A stretch of 64,000 nucleotides of DNA from Tricharina praecox (taxonomy: Eukaryota). Location of the stretch: contig NW_026250404.1 in assembly GCF_024521635.1 (NCBI RefSeq), positions 2,108,001 through 2,172,000 on the forward strand, written 5' to 3'. Made by a program: the position numbers and the translations under genes. Below, piece by piece: positions 22,883 through 36,560 of this stretch (positions are counted from its first letter, which is position 1; every line of letters starts with the position of its first letter). The notes beneath the pieces are model-generated. The model worked only from the letters and a program-made list of their open reading frames with translations. It had not been told where the DNA came from and made no database searches.

Positions 22883-25800
22883 GTCATTCCCCTGGTGGGG
22901 GATCTGTCGGAGGGGGGTGGGGAGAAGTACGATCGCCACTAGCAACGACTCTCGGAAGGGCAGAATGGGGTGGCAAAGGGGACTGGGACAGAGGGGGGGA
23001 TTGGTATTGGGGGGAGGGGGGTGGTGGGCACGCGGGCAGAGCGCACGTAGGTGGTGTTGCTGTGGATTCATCAACCACTCGAGGCGAGCGAGTAAGATGA
23101 GATTTCTCTCCAGCAGCACCAACGCAACACACTCGACGACACCGACGGACTGACCGACACTCTACTGACGAGCGACACGTTGGACCATTTGCAGGAGCGG
23201 GAAATTACCAATTCGCTTTTTTTTATCGCGAGACGTAACGGCAGCAGCACGCACGGTCGGCTGTCGGCAAGATCAGGCGTGGTAGGCGCTGATGAGCGGT
23301 GAAAGCGGAAAAGAGAGTCGACTCTTTCTCTCTCTCTTTCTCGAAATCCTTGACCTCTTCGAGATACTGAGGCGGCCGGGAATCCAATATGGATGTGGCG
23401 TAAATCAGAGGAGGCTCTAGGTCTGCAGGTTCCGTCGGGGAAGCGGCGGTGGGAAAGGGGGGCGGGTTTGGGTGGGTGGGTGTGCGGTAGATGGGGGGGG
23501 GTGGGTGGTGGGGGAATGTGCGTGGTGTTGAATCGGGGGAGGAGTGACGTAGTGGATGGATGGGGTGTTGGGTCAGTTAAGTTGTGTCTCGTCCTCCCTT
23601 TTTTTCTCTTGGGTTTCGTCGGCAATCGGCGAGTGGTTAGGGAAAGGCTGATACGGATGACTGATGCAATTTCTGGGCGAGCGCGTCTTTTTTTTCCTTC
23701 CGTTTCGGTTTCGCCTTCTCTCGGAAAGCGAAGGCTAAACGAGCACGCAAGTCGAAGCGGAGCGAAGAAGGGGCCAATGAAATTTTGCAGCGAATTGATA
23801 TCTGGTCTCCTCCGAAGCAGAAGGTGGTGGTGGTGGGGATTGTTGGTGTTGGGTGAGGAGAGATTCGGGGGAGCTGGAGGAGGGAGGGCAGAAAAAGGCA
23901 CAAAGTACGATTGATACACCGACCACTAGCAATAGGAACGAGCGGGAAAATGGCCAGCAGCAGGAGCAGCAGCAACACCAGCAGCCAGGTCAAACCCACC
24001 GGGAGAGAAGGGGCCAGCCAGAGAACAGCAAGAGCCAGAGCCAGCCAGCAGTGGGGTGGCAGTTTCTAAGCGATGCACACCCCGGACACGAAGCAGCAGC
24101 AGCTGCGAGACACAACTCCGGGGCCTTTTTGGCAGATGGGCAGAGAACGCCGGGAGCGTGGCCTTAATTATGTGTATCGGCGGCAAGGAAGAAGTAATAT
24201 GAACCTCTCGGTCTGTGTTGCGCGAGAAGCAGTGGTAGGAGCGGCAGAGGGGGGAGAAGGCGACAGAGAAGCCGAAGGCGATGGGTGAAGCGTGGTAAGG
24301 TAGTGGTGGGTGGAAGATCGGGGGAAGGTCGACAGTGTGGAAACCGAAGGATGTGACGTACGAGGGAAGAGAAATGATGCAACTGTGCTGGAAGGAGAAT
24401 TTGAACGGCCCGGGGGGTGGGTGGGAGGGGGTCGGTGGAGTGCCTTCTTCTAGGCCCAAGGCCTAGCCGACCATGGGGGGGGGGGAGAGGTGGGCCACAA
24501 TTATTTGCATACTCGTACTCTAGCAGCGGATTAGCCCCCTGTGTTGTGTGGCCTGTGGCCGTATGGAGGTTCTCGCAACTGATCAGGCTGGCCACCGTTG
24601 TCGCCGGGGGTCGCTGTCAAGTCCTGCTGCCCCAACCGGCTAGACGATGGCTGTAGGATGACGTCTTCATCCGGCAAGAAAACTCTAGTCCTTGTTGGCC
24701 GTCCAATCGCGCGCTGGTCGCTTATGAGAGCAATGCGATTGTTCGAGTGAACCACGGACCTCCAGGTGCCTGACCTTCTCTCTCTCTGTCTCTCTCGCCC
24801 ACCCTGCCCCGAATACCGCTACATAAATCCTGAACTCAAGTGTCTAACTACCGACCTAGCCCGAAGCGAAATATGTAAAATCACCTCCCACCTCCAACAG
24901 GAATGGTTGGATACGGGCAGGTCCAACCAAAGAAAGAGAGAAAAGAGAGAAGAGAGAAAGAGAGAAAGAGAGAAAAGAGAGGTTGTCGGCTCGAATATTC
25001 ACTATCGTGCGGCGTGCGGCGTGCGCGACCGGCACCCTATTGTGTCGAAAGTTCGGACGGGATGTCCCCGCAGGCAGCAGGCGCAAATCAGGCTCCTGTG
25101 TCCTCGGAGAGCCGGAGTCGAGAGGCGACCTGCCTGCCTGCCTGCCTGCCGACAACACTGGAGCGTTAGAGTTGCCGATGGATCGATGGACAGTTAACGT
25201 TCTGGATCCCCAAGGGCATGTACCTACTCTAGAGTTCAACACGAAGCGCAGTTAACTCGAAACCATGCCGGTACGTACAGTACGGTACCGAGAAGAGCTT
25301 CCCGGGCGGGGCAGAAGAGAAATGGAACGGTCTGGTCTTGTCGGCGCAGGACGCATCAGCTGCGAACCTGCGAGACTCTTGTACTTTCACTCTCGTATTT
25401 TCTGTATGCATGGTATGATATGTACGGTTGCACCGGGAATCCCAAGTTCCAACGTCGACTGCGACTGTGACGCGGCCACGGGAGCGCTAGAGTAGATACG
25501 GTACGTCCCCGCCTCCGCTCCGTCCCCGCCTCCGCCGCCCGGGTACGTAACTGCGGGGACGCGGCTACACACCACACCGCACCGCGATACGTATGCCGCT
25601 GCCGCTGTCGGCACTTGCGTTACGTATGTGCGCGGCAGCAGTGGCAGATGGCGCCAAGTGCGGAGAGATTCCGTCGGGCGAGCGGGCTGCCGGATCCATA
25701 CAGCCAACAGTCGACTTGATCGGCCACGCAGGTACGATACCGGTACATAGAGATCCGTGGGAATTAGGCTCGGCATTCAACATCTCTCAACGTCGCTCTC

Positions 25801-27110
25801 ACACTCGGGTCCTCTCTAAGGGGGGACCGGGGAGGGGGGGTTTGATCCACAACCGATGACGACGACGTCAGTTTTATGTACGTGTTTATATCTGCAGTGC
25901 AGACAACTGCTCGTGTTGCTGCGCGCGCTTCATGTGGGGCACGGTGAGTGTGCGTGTGCGGTCCAGACGGTAGTGGATTCCTATCCACCGGTACCGGTAT
26001 CTCTCGTTCCAGCTCTCCTGGAGTCTGGAGTTTGGAGTCTGGACTCGTGGATTCATGTGGTCCCTGCAGATACCGTCCCGACCATGAGTTGCCGGTAATC
26101 CTACAGGCCACTGCGATGCCCCGGTATACATACCTAGAGAACAGTAGTAGTAGTAGCAGTAGTACGGTGGATACTGCGGCCAGATAACGCCTACGAATAC
26201 CGGTAGTTATGCATACCGTACCGTACCTAGTCCGGCAGTCATCACCAACTACCTAGACACATATGTATCCCGGCGGAACTTTTCAATTGCGAGAGATCTC
26301 TTGAACTCCCTTCTAGAAAGCGCGGCCGACAGACAGACAAACAAGTGGAGCCGCGAGCGGCGTTGCTGCAGGAAACGGACAGCCAAGACCCGATACTGGT
26401 ATCCATTCCAAGTACTCTGCATACCGTACATATCCCCAAAACCATCCGTGACGATTTTTGGAAAATTCAACGCCAAGTGGTCTGATCTGCGGGCAAGCCG
26501 CAAAACACGCACAACACACATCACACATCTCTCTCGCCTCTCTCGCCTCTCGCCTCTCGCCTCTCGCTCCGCTGCAACTATGCATACAAGGTAAGTAATT
26601 CAATGCGCACCCCCTCCCCTTCCCCCCCCCACTTCCACCCCACTGCCACACCACTGCCTCCCGGTAAGGCAGAAAGCGAGCAGAGCGTGACTCTCTATGT
26701 AGTAGCGTGGCGGCGGCGGCAGAAGAGGCAGAGGAGGCAGAGGAGGTGTGTGTGGAGTACGGAATTCCGTACCTACGAAGCTAATCCTCGTGAGCGGGTA
26801 TGGTATTGATCAGCTTCTTTTCCCACATAATTCTTTTTTTCTTTTTTTCGCTCGTCTTCTTCTTCTCTGAGGTGAGGTGGCAAAAGGAAGGAAGCAAGCA
26901 ACGAGCCTGTATACTCTACTCTGCATACCATACCGGCACCTGGAGGCTGGTGTGGTGTGCAAATGGCCTCGTCGAATCGTCGAATAATCGGACCTTGTCA
27001 ATCCTAATGTTGCATCCATCCATCCATCCATCCATCCCACCCACGGAAATCCCACGGAAGAGATAGATCACAGAGATCGATCGTTGAGTTGGAGGTCAGC
27101 TCCGTCGGCT

Positions 27111-27175
27111 AACGGGTTACCTACGGGTTACGGGTTGGGGTTACGGGTTGGGGTTACGGGTTGGGGGGTACGGGG
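27111..27175 (+). repeat. Short G-rich array of GGGTTAC/GGGTTG units
   Basis: acgggttac ctacgggttacgggttggggttacgggttggggttacgggttggggggtacgggg. Confidence 0.8.
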
Positions 27176-28699
27176 AGCTCCTGCCTTGGTAGAGTAGGTA
27201 GATTATGCTTATGTAGGTAACCTTTCGAAGGTCGAACCCAAAGCCAGGTACCGGTATTGCTTTTTGTATTTAGGTTGAAGGAGATCGGTTCCGGAAGTTC
27301 GCACATCTAGAGTGGAGTGGAGTAGGTACGGTAGCCTTCGGGCCTTTGAGTTCTGCCATGGTTGCCGTTACAACTGTGACTAAAAATTACAGTTCATCGC
27401 ACGATGTTGTCCACGCCGTGTCGTGCCGTGTCGGCCGGTAAGGGAATTACCCACTGCCCTTCCTTCATGCTCAAGACGTGGACGCAGAAGCTGAAGCAGA
27501 AGCAGAAGTACGTTCCGATAGGTCAACGGGCCTGTGTTCCAGGCCTTGAGCCTGCCAGCTTGGATGGGTCCTCAAAAAGCGGGGGGGGGAAGGGATGGGG
27601 GCGAGAGATCGACATCCAGGTCTCAGCGCATGATCACTGGTGTCCATCAGCGAGTGATATGGCATGAATACGATCACGGCGCTGGCAGGCCGAATTACAA
27701 TTTGCTGCGAGTGGGGGGTGGTGGAAAGTGGGGAGTACATGTGGGAACTGGGTATGGTACTCCGTTCCGATGGTTCCTCCGAGGAGACTTGTCCAGGGGA
27801 ATGGGGCACGAGAAAGTTAATACTAGATACCGTATTCTGAACTTTGAAGAGGCGCGGGGATTTGACTTTTTTTTATTACGCTCGGTCAGATCAATTGTCT
27901 AAGCAAATCTAAAAGGAAAAATGGAGCCGGATGGTCAGTCCTTGAGGGTTCGTCTTCAACAGCCGTGAAGTGGGAAAGACGTACATGCGGTACTCGGTAC
28001 TCTATGGAAACCGCCAAAACTCCTAAGGGCCCGTTCCGAGGAAGAACCATAGAGCAGGTATACTCTAGAGTACCCATATCGCCCGCCGAATATACCATAC
28101 GCCGATCGAATTGTCCCTTCCATTGGACCTCCACTTAATGCAAAGGCTTAATTTACCTACTCGCGCACGCAGTACCGGCATCGTCCCGCCTTTAGCTTGT
28201 GATACGACGGGGATGGTGAGCGTTCGTAATGGACCATGGATAACGGTGGAGGGAATTTGTCGACTTAAGCTCAAGTTCAGACTACGTCTCCTCCGATACC
28301 AGTATCAAGGCTTTCGATATCAGGACCAACTAAGAAATTCCTCTTACGGTCGAGACAGGGTAGTCATCAACCGTGGAGCAAACCGCATGGCGTTTAAGCG
28401 TGCCATTCAACTTCAATACCTATCGCATCCGGTTCAAGCTTGGTTCAACTTCGACAGCATGGCTAGAAGGTTCCAAGACTCCAAGGCTCTTGGAATCGTC
28501 GGAACCTCCCGAAACGCCGAATTGGAAGCCACACCTTAGAACAATCGCGAGTGCTCCACGATGATCGCATCGGCTTGGCGCATCGGACATGGATGCAAAC
28601 ACCATAACACGTCCCCCCACGTGAGAACCGATCAACGCGACACGAACATACCGTGGGGCCCAGCAAAACAACAAGCGAACCACCACCACACTCCTCCCC

Positions 28700-31600
28700 A
28701 TGGATCACTCGCACGATGACCGCGTCGACTCCGCGCTCACCCAGCTCGTCGAGCACTTACTCCCCGGCACCGACTACGAAGATGAAGCCGAAATCGAAGC
28801 TCGCCATGACGAGGTCCTGGAGCGGGTGCACGACCTGATCAATGGGTGCGTGGGGGGTTGCGTCCACGGCGGCAGCGGATAGGAAGGCCACGCTGACGGG
28901 TGTGGTGATGCTAGACACCGATCGGCCGATTCGGTCATGGATATACAGCATGTGGGCGATATGATCAGGGGAAAGTGTACGTACGGCCCGAGATGCGCGC
29001 GGCCCGGCTCAAGCTGACGGACGGACGGTAGTGATTCGCGACAACCCCACGACGGAACAGGCGAAAAAGTTCAGCTCCCTCTACACTAGACTCCTCACAC
29101 AGTCGGTGCTGGCGCAGAAATGGGGTGTTTTGAAGTTCTTGTTGGAGGTCTCCGGGCAAGAGGATAACGCCGCGGCCGCTACCGCCGTCGCCGTCCGCAC
29201 TCCCGATGCGGTGCTTCCTTCTGCTGAACGGGAAGCGGAGGATGAACAAATCTTCTCCACGGCGTTTAGTGGGCAGGGACTTCATAGGTTGCCGGCGAGG
29301 GGGACGCCGCAGGACAGCGGTGGTGGAAGTTTTTCTACCGAACCCGATATGACGGGTCAGCCTACAAAGGCGGACCTATTGTTGAAGAGGGGTGACGGCA
29401 TCGGTACTACTCATACTCTCATCTGCCCTTCGGAGAGCTGACACTGACTTTGAGGATAGAACCGAGCGAACAAACACTATTGTCCGCCCTTCCGTTTACA
29501 CTTCTGGGATTGTCCTCAGGATCACTGCCCTTCAAATCAACGACGGCTTCGAGATATGTGGTGTCACTACCACCAACACTCCCGCTACCCCTCGTATCGC
29601 TGCTACACACGTTGGCTGAGCCGTCACTATTATACAAATCACTCGACGATTTTGTCCAGGATCCAAACGATGGGGCTGAAGGCGGAGGTCTGGTCGGACA
29701 ATCGTTGAGGTCAGCCATCGGGAACGAGCTGCGGGGATATGTGGAGCTAGTCGGAGGACTGGAAAGTCAGATCCGAAGGGCCATCGCGGCAGCGGAACGG
29801 GGACAGGGCATTCTCTCGTCGGGGGTGACGCTAAAACGATGCGTTGTGTGGACGCGGGAGGCAACGATGGGGCTGAGGATGATGAGTTTGATCGTGGATA
29901 AGACGAGAGGCCAAAAAGGCGGACAACTCATATCGACAATCCACGGGTTTGCCTCCGATCACGGAGATCCTTTCGTCCGTGCATTCGCGGAACGTATTCT
30001 TGCCCAGATCACGCGGCCATTCTACGATATGCTCAGGCACTGGATCTATGAAGGAGAACTGACCGATCCCTACGTCGAGTTCTTCGTGACCGAGGAAGCG
30101 CCAGAGCCGGCTGCACAGGGCGGCGACAAAGCCGGGTCTAAAGCCAACAAGGCCGAGGCTGCTGCCGCTGCAGTTGCTGCCGCCGCCGCCGCTGCCGCCA
30201 TAAAGCCTGGTGCAACTTCTGTCTGGCAAGACAAATATCACTTCCACGCTTTTCAGGTTCCTACCATCATAACGGAAGGGTTCGCAAAGAAGGTTTTCTT
30301 GATCGGCAAGTCTCTAAACTTCATTCGACACGGATGCTCCGAGAGCGATTGGGTCGATGAATACTGCAAATCGACCTCGAAAGAGCTTCGATATGGAGAT
30401 ACGGCAAATTTGGAGATGAGCATCGACGAAGCATACAAGACAACTATGGCACGATTGATCGATTTGATGGATAATAAGTTCAAGCTCTACGATCATCTAG
30501 TCGCATTGAAAAAATTCTTGCTGCTCGGTCAAGGCGATTTCATCGCGCTGCTCATGGAGTCTCTATCTAATAGTCTGGATCGCCCCGCAAACACGTTGTA
30601 TCGCCACAACCTGACCGCTCAACTGGAGCATGCAATCCGTGGGTCGAATGCGCAATTCGAGAAGCAAGATATTCTGGCCAGGCTTGATGCCCGGATGCTG
30701 GAGCTGTCTCACGGTGAGGTTGGATGGGATGTGTTCACTCTCGAATATAAGATCGAGGCGCCAGTGGATGTCGTGGTGACTGCCTACAGTAGTAAACAAT
30801 ACCTCAAGCTTTTCAACTTTTTGTGGAGAGTCAAAAGAGTCGAGTATGCTCTTGGAAGCAGCTGGAGGAGGTACATGACTGGTGCCAGAGGTGTTCTCAA
30901 AGCGGTCGATGACATTGTGGGCCCCGATTGGAAGAAGGCTAGATGTGTCGTTGCCGAGATGGTCCACTTCGTCAATCAATTGCAGTACTATATCCTTTTC
31001 GAGGTCAGTTCAGCCAGTTCAAAGTCAGTCAAGTGGAAGAAGCGCTCATCATCATAATAGGTCATCGAATCATCCTGGGGCGACCTCATACTTGCCATCA
31101 AGAAGCCGAATGTAACTCTCGACGATTTGATAGATGCACACGCCGAATATCTTCGGCAGATTACGCACAAGGGTCTTCTGGGCGGCACGACGACTAGGAA
31201 TGGAAAGAAGCGAACTGCTGCAGACACCGGAGACGAATCGTTTCTGAGCCAACTCCACGAGATCTTGAAGATTATGCTCCAGTATAAGGATGTGGTTGAC
31301 GGACTCTATGGCTATTCGGTGACTGAGTTTACTCGCCGCCAGGAGCATAGTGCAAGGATCGAGGCAAGAACCGGAAGAGGTGACTGGGGTGTGAGAGAGA
31401 CGGTATGTTCCTCGTTTTCATGCAGGGACGAACAGGGCACTGACGGGGTGTTAGGACGATGACCTTTCTTCCTACCAAGACCAGACTCTACCCAACTTGC
31501 GACACAGACTGAGAAGTCTGAGTTCCGATTTCAGTGCTAGGATCGTAGTGCTTCTCGGGGACTTGACATATCAACCGGATGCTGATCTGCGATTGCTCGG

Positions 31601-31805
31601 AGTATTACTCAGCTTCAACGAGTTCTATCCAGTCGTTCATAAGAAGAGCCGTCGCGAGCGGACGGACCGCGGAGATGTCACAACCCAAAGGCGCACGCCC
31701 AGGACAACGGCGAGTTCGAAGGAGAAAGGCAAGGAAAGGGAGCATGGAGACAACGCTTCCTTAGCGGCTCCCCCGACGACAGTCAGTGCTTCCGTGGATT
31801 CATAG
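28700..31805 (+). CDS. SPC98: Gamma-tubulin complex component GCP3 (Spc98/Alp6); 6 exons
   Basis: Motifs HGDPFV..FAER, WIYEGEL.DPY.EFF, KVFLIGKSLNFIR, ALKKFLLLGQGDF, LYRHNLTAQLE.AIRGSNAQ, GWDVFTLEY, HFVNQLQYYILFEVIE, LSFNEFY; canonical introns. Confidence 0.93.
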
Positions 31806-32513
31806 GAATATTCCAAGTTGCTGGTTGACCGTTCGAAGAGGAGGTAATTGATGGTATTGTTATTTTTTGGGCACGATTACTTTGGCGTTTCGGGGGGAAT
31901 TGGTTGATGTTTTCGTTTTGATGGCCTTTTTTTTGGACTGCTTTTGAAAAGTACCTATGCGATCGCTCAGATTGGTTTATGTCTTTGTACACTACGATGT
32001 ATTGTGAAATGAGGTCGAAGGCGGGAGTGTGCGGCAAAGCATTTCTCCAGGTTTATCTGTGTATCCTCGAGCGGTGGTGACAGAATGGAATGTCTGCTCA
32101 CGTTTCAGCACTCGGGACTGAACGGCTCTGGAGGTTGATGCACGTCTCGGCCGGCCGGATTGGATCTGCGGATGTTGTAAGGCTGGGCCATTTGCATGTG
32201 TGACAGGCGGTTCGTTTCTCCGCATCCGTTGGGGCAGACCAGGATAAGCGGAGAGCATTCTTGAGGCTCCGCACACCCCATTCCCCGCCCGAATTGTCGC
32301 GTGCGTACCTTACATATAACTGCAATCTACATACTCCGTCCACTTCTATGTACCCCCTTCGCGCAGACACCCGAGTGCGGGTTCGGATGAACAATTCTAC
32401 CTACCTAGCCCAGTGGCAGGCACTATTTAACGAGAGCGCTTTGTTTTTTTACCCTGAGTCAGACAGTTACCTTGTGAAGCTCTTCCGACATCTTCCCCAG
32501 AGTTCCCCTTCTG

Positions 32514-33447
32514 CCGAGGTTGATCTGCAGCGCGGGCGTACGGGCCAATATGACATCAGCGCGTGTGCCCGAGGTGATCCCTCCCCTTCCCCACTGGCCC
32601 TGCCAGAGCCTACCGTACCATGACCGGCAGCAGCGTTGGCCACCACCACCACGACTTGCTTCCCCAAGTGCAGCTCTCGGAGTAAAGGTACGCTTGTGGA
32701 GGTATGCGAGAGCTGTGCTGTGGCTGGATGGCCGGCCGGATACCTGGAGCAACACCTTGCTGTGCGAGCTAAGCTTCCGCGTTCGCGGGGAAGTAAAGGT
32801 GTGTACCGGTACGGAACTCTACATCTCGTCGTAGTGGACTCTCGACAACGGTTGCTCGTGGAGAAGAGAGAGCACGATGGTTGCTTCTTCTTCTCGATAA
32901 CTACTATTAGGACAATTCCATGTGCTCGGAGAATGCCCCCTCGCTTCGCCTCGTGATGATGATTCCCCCAGTCATGCTCCAATTTTTTATTTGTTCCCTT
33001 CACATGCCAGGGTTTCGTCTCGTCCCACAAACTTCACTCGTCAGTTCGGGTATTTCTTAGCTCGTGTACACATCTCGCCCCCAGGGCAGAGCCGTAGCGG
33101 CAACCTTTTTTTTCTTTGGCTGGGGGGGTGTTGCTCCCTCACAATTCTCGGCCATGGCTATCGATCAGCTTGGTTGCCTGCATCCACAAGCACGCATCCC
33201 AGTGCTTGTCCTTCCCGCTGGGCCGAGATGGGACCGACGGAATACTTAACTCGAGCTTGGGCAAGACCTTCCTCCGAGGCAGCTGGTTGACTCATATAAC
33301 TGAAGCCGTCCTCCTCCTCTGGAAAGTTATATTCTCCTCCATTCCTCAGACTACCGGTGCCGTCACCCGCCAACCGTACCAACTTCATCCTTCATCCTCC
33401 TCCTCCTACTCCTACCACATCTACACAAGCTACAGCTTCCACCTCGG
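32514..33447 (+). promoter_or_regulatory. ICL1 upstream region with four CCGAGG/CCTCGG (FarA/FarB-type) elements and a CreA-type SYGGRG
   Basis: CCGAGG at 32514, 32569 and 33274; CCTCGG at 33442; CTGGGG at 33120; TATA-like CATATAA near 33293. Confidence 0.5.
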
Positions 33448-33491
33448 ACCCCACATCCTCCTACTCCTCCTCTTACATCACCGATATCAAT

Positions 33492-35411
33492 ATGTCTCTC
33501 GAAGCTGAAGAGAAGGCCTTCCAGGCCGAAGTCGAGGCCACCAAAGCATGGTGGTCAGAGGACCGCTGGCGCCAGACAAAGCGTCCCTACACCGCGGAAG
33601 CAATTGTCTCCAAGCGGGGCACCCTCCCAATCCAGTACCCCTCCAACGCGCAGAGCAAGAAGCTGTGGAAGATTCTCGAGGGCCGGTTCGCCAGCGGCGA
33701 GGTCAGCGCAACCTACGGATGTCTGGATCCGGTGATGGTCACCCAGATGGCGAAGTACCTGGATACCGTGTATGTGTCGGGATGGCAGTGCTCGTCGACT
33801 GCTAGCAGCACCAACGAGCCCAGTCCCGATCTGGCTGACTACCCAATGGTGAGTTTGTTGTTTGCAGTCCTTTCCTGTTTTGGCCGGGGACTTCGGGAAC
33901 GTAGCTTCGGAAGCTTCGGAAGCTTCGGATGTGCCGGGAACGTCGGCATGGGCTGTCGGTTGTGCTAGGCATTGGCGGGCCATCACTCCCTGGCGCTGAT
34001 TGAGCTTTCGCTGACGAGTTTCGCTGCGCTAGAACACCGTGCCCAACAAGGTGGACCATCTCTTCAAGGCACAGCTTTTCCACGACCGAAAGCAGCGCGA
34101 GGAGCGCCTCACAACCCCGCTAGACAAGCGCGCTTCTAAGCCCCAGATTGACTACCTCCGCCCCATCATTGCCGATGCCGACACCGGTCACGGTGGTCTC
34201 ACCGCCGTGATGAAGCTCACCAAGCTCTTCATCGAGGCCGGTGCTGCCGGTATCCACGTCGAGGACCAGGCTCCCGGCACCAAGAAGTGCGGTCACATGG
34301 CCGGAAAGGTGTTGGTGCCGGTCGGCGAGCACATCAACAGACTTGTCGCCATCCGGGCACAGGCCGATATCATGGGAACCGACCTCATCGCCGTCGCCCG
34401 TACCGACTCCGAGGCTGCCACCCTCCTCACCTCCAGCGTCGATGTCCGGGATCACCCCTTCATCCTCGGTGCCACCAACCCCAACCTGAACGCCCTCGCG
34501 CCGATCCTCGCCGTTGCCGAAGCCTCCGGCAAGAACGGTGATGCCCTCCAGCAGATCGAGGACGAGTGGATGGCGCAGGCCAAGATCATGCTTTTCGACG
34601 AGGCCGTCGCTGCCGCGCTCAAGGATGCCGGAAAGGCCGACGCCGTAGAGAAGTACCTCGCCGAGGCCAAGTCCAAGTCAAACCCCGAGGCCCGCCTCAT
34701 CGCCAAGAAGTACCTCGGAACCGACCTCTTCTTCGACTGGGATTCCCCCCGGACCCGTGAGGGTTACTACAGATACCAGGGTGGAACTAAGTGCGCAATC
34801 ATGCGTGGTGTCGCCTACGCCCCGTACGCGGACCTGATCTGGATGGAGAGCAAGAAGCCCGACTACCAGCAGGCGGTCGAGTTCGCTGAGGGTGTCCACG
34901 TCGTCTGGCCCAAGCAGAAGCTGTCCTACAACCTCTCCCCCAGTTTCAACTGGAAGGGTATGTTCTTTTCTCTCTCTTTTCCTTTCGGAGTTTCCGGCTA
35001 ACGAACCGTGCAGCCGCCATGAGCTCCGAGGAGCAGGAGACGTACATCACTCGTCTCGCCAAGTTGGGCTACTGCTGGCAGTTCATCACTCTTGCGGGAC
35101 TGCACACCACCGCGCTCATCTCAGGTACATACATGACTCTCCCTCCTCAATCGCTCCCACAATTATATGCTAACCGATTGCAAACAGACACCTTCGCCAA
35201 GGCCTACTCGATCCAGGGGATGAAGGCGTACGGCACGCTCGTGCAAGAGCCCGAGATGGAGAACGGCGTGGACGTGGTAACGCACCAGAAATGGTCGGGC
35301 GCCAACTACGTCGACAACATGCTCAAGATGGTCACCGGAGGTGTCAGCTCCACCGCCGCCATGGGCAAGGAGGTCACCGAGTCACAGTTCGAGGGCTTCA
35401 CTAAACACTAG
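33492..35411 (+). CDS. ICL1: Isocitrate lyase; 4 exons
   Basis: [28 protein letters not shown], catalytic [33 protein letters not shown] (ICL rather than methylisocitrate lyase residues), THQKWSGA. Confidence 0.98.
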
Positions 35412-36560
35412 ATTTCGCCAAACATTAGAGTCGAGGCACGGGTTCTGTATAAAATCGGATGGACTGGGCGAATGTTGTACGACTGATGAAAACTTCCGGG
35501 ATTTTGTGGATTTCTCTTTTTTCTTTTTCATTTTGATTTTCCTTGTCTTGATTTGTGTTTGGGCTGGGGCTTCTTTCTTTCTTCTGCTTTGCTTTGCTGT
35601 ATGTACATGCGATTTATTTTTCTTTGGCTCTTTTTTCGCTTTTTTGGCTCTTTTTTTTACCCGGGGAGTCGTTTAATTTCGGTTGAAGGGATATCCGTCA
35701 AACTCTTTCGAACCGTCCGATCCCGTGAGTGAGTGAGATGGCTCGAGACGCAACCGGGTATGCATGTGTATGTACGAAACCCATCACATGTGAAAACCGA
35801 CCCGGCCATTCCTCAGTTATCTATCTATCTAAGCCGATCAAGCACGACCACCGCCCATCACCGGTCCGCAGAGGTCCGTCCCGCACCCCCCCGCCCTGTT
35901 GCGTTGCGTTGCGTGGGTTGCGTAGGTTGCGTGGGTTGCGTGGGTTGCGTGGGTTGCATCCGACTACCCGCTGGACCAGCGGGATGACTTCGCCGGAGCG
36001 GTGGAGCGGGAAACGTCGGAGCTACTACCTAGCACATATATATAGAGTGAAAGAGCTCGCTCGTACGGAGGGCTAGGGTTGGTAGAGTGCTACCTTAAAT
36101 CAACCTCCCCCGCGACCGCGAGGCGGCTGCGAGGCGGCGCATGATGCATGACCCGCAGGCAGGTATTGTGCGCGTGCGCGAATCATCGTGGCGCGAGGTT
36201 CGAGTACGTACGCTCCGGACCGGTGGACGGTGCGGGCGAATGGCGCAGAGTAGCATAAGGACATTAGCTTGCGGCGTAGTTACATATGATAACTGCCAAT
36301 TACCACCGGACACCCAGCCCTGCGGCCTGCGGTCCTGCGGTCCTGCGCGCGGCGCTGGAATCAGCCAACAGCATGGTGAACAGCGGCAGGGATCCACGGC
36401 GGCAGCTGTGCAGCTGTTGCCTGTGCTTGTGCCGCTGTGCAGCTGTCTACATTTGTATGTAGATATTTCTATATCGTCGCAGGCAAACACCCCCCCTTCG
36501 TCCGGCCCCCCAGACTCCCAGAGTCCATCACCGTTCTCCCCGCGCACCCGACCCTCATCC

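Noticed and set aside
23071..23919. 282-aa ORF and other ORFs in the atfA upstream region
   Set aside because: Low-complexity translations of purine/pyrimidine tracts with no domain signal.
24520..24780. GC-rich segment with hairpins considered as SRP, RNase P/MRP, U3 or telomerase RNA
   Set aside because: No diagnostic conserved boxes or full template found by eye; needs an Infernal scan.
35380..35490. Cryptic PTS1 on ICL1 via stop-codon readthrough
   Set aside because: The stop context is not TGA-CTA and the readthrough extension does not end in an SKL-like tripeptide.
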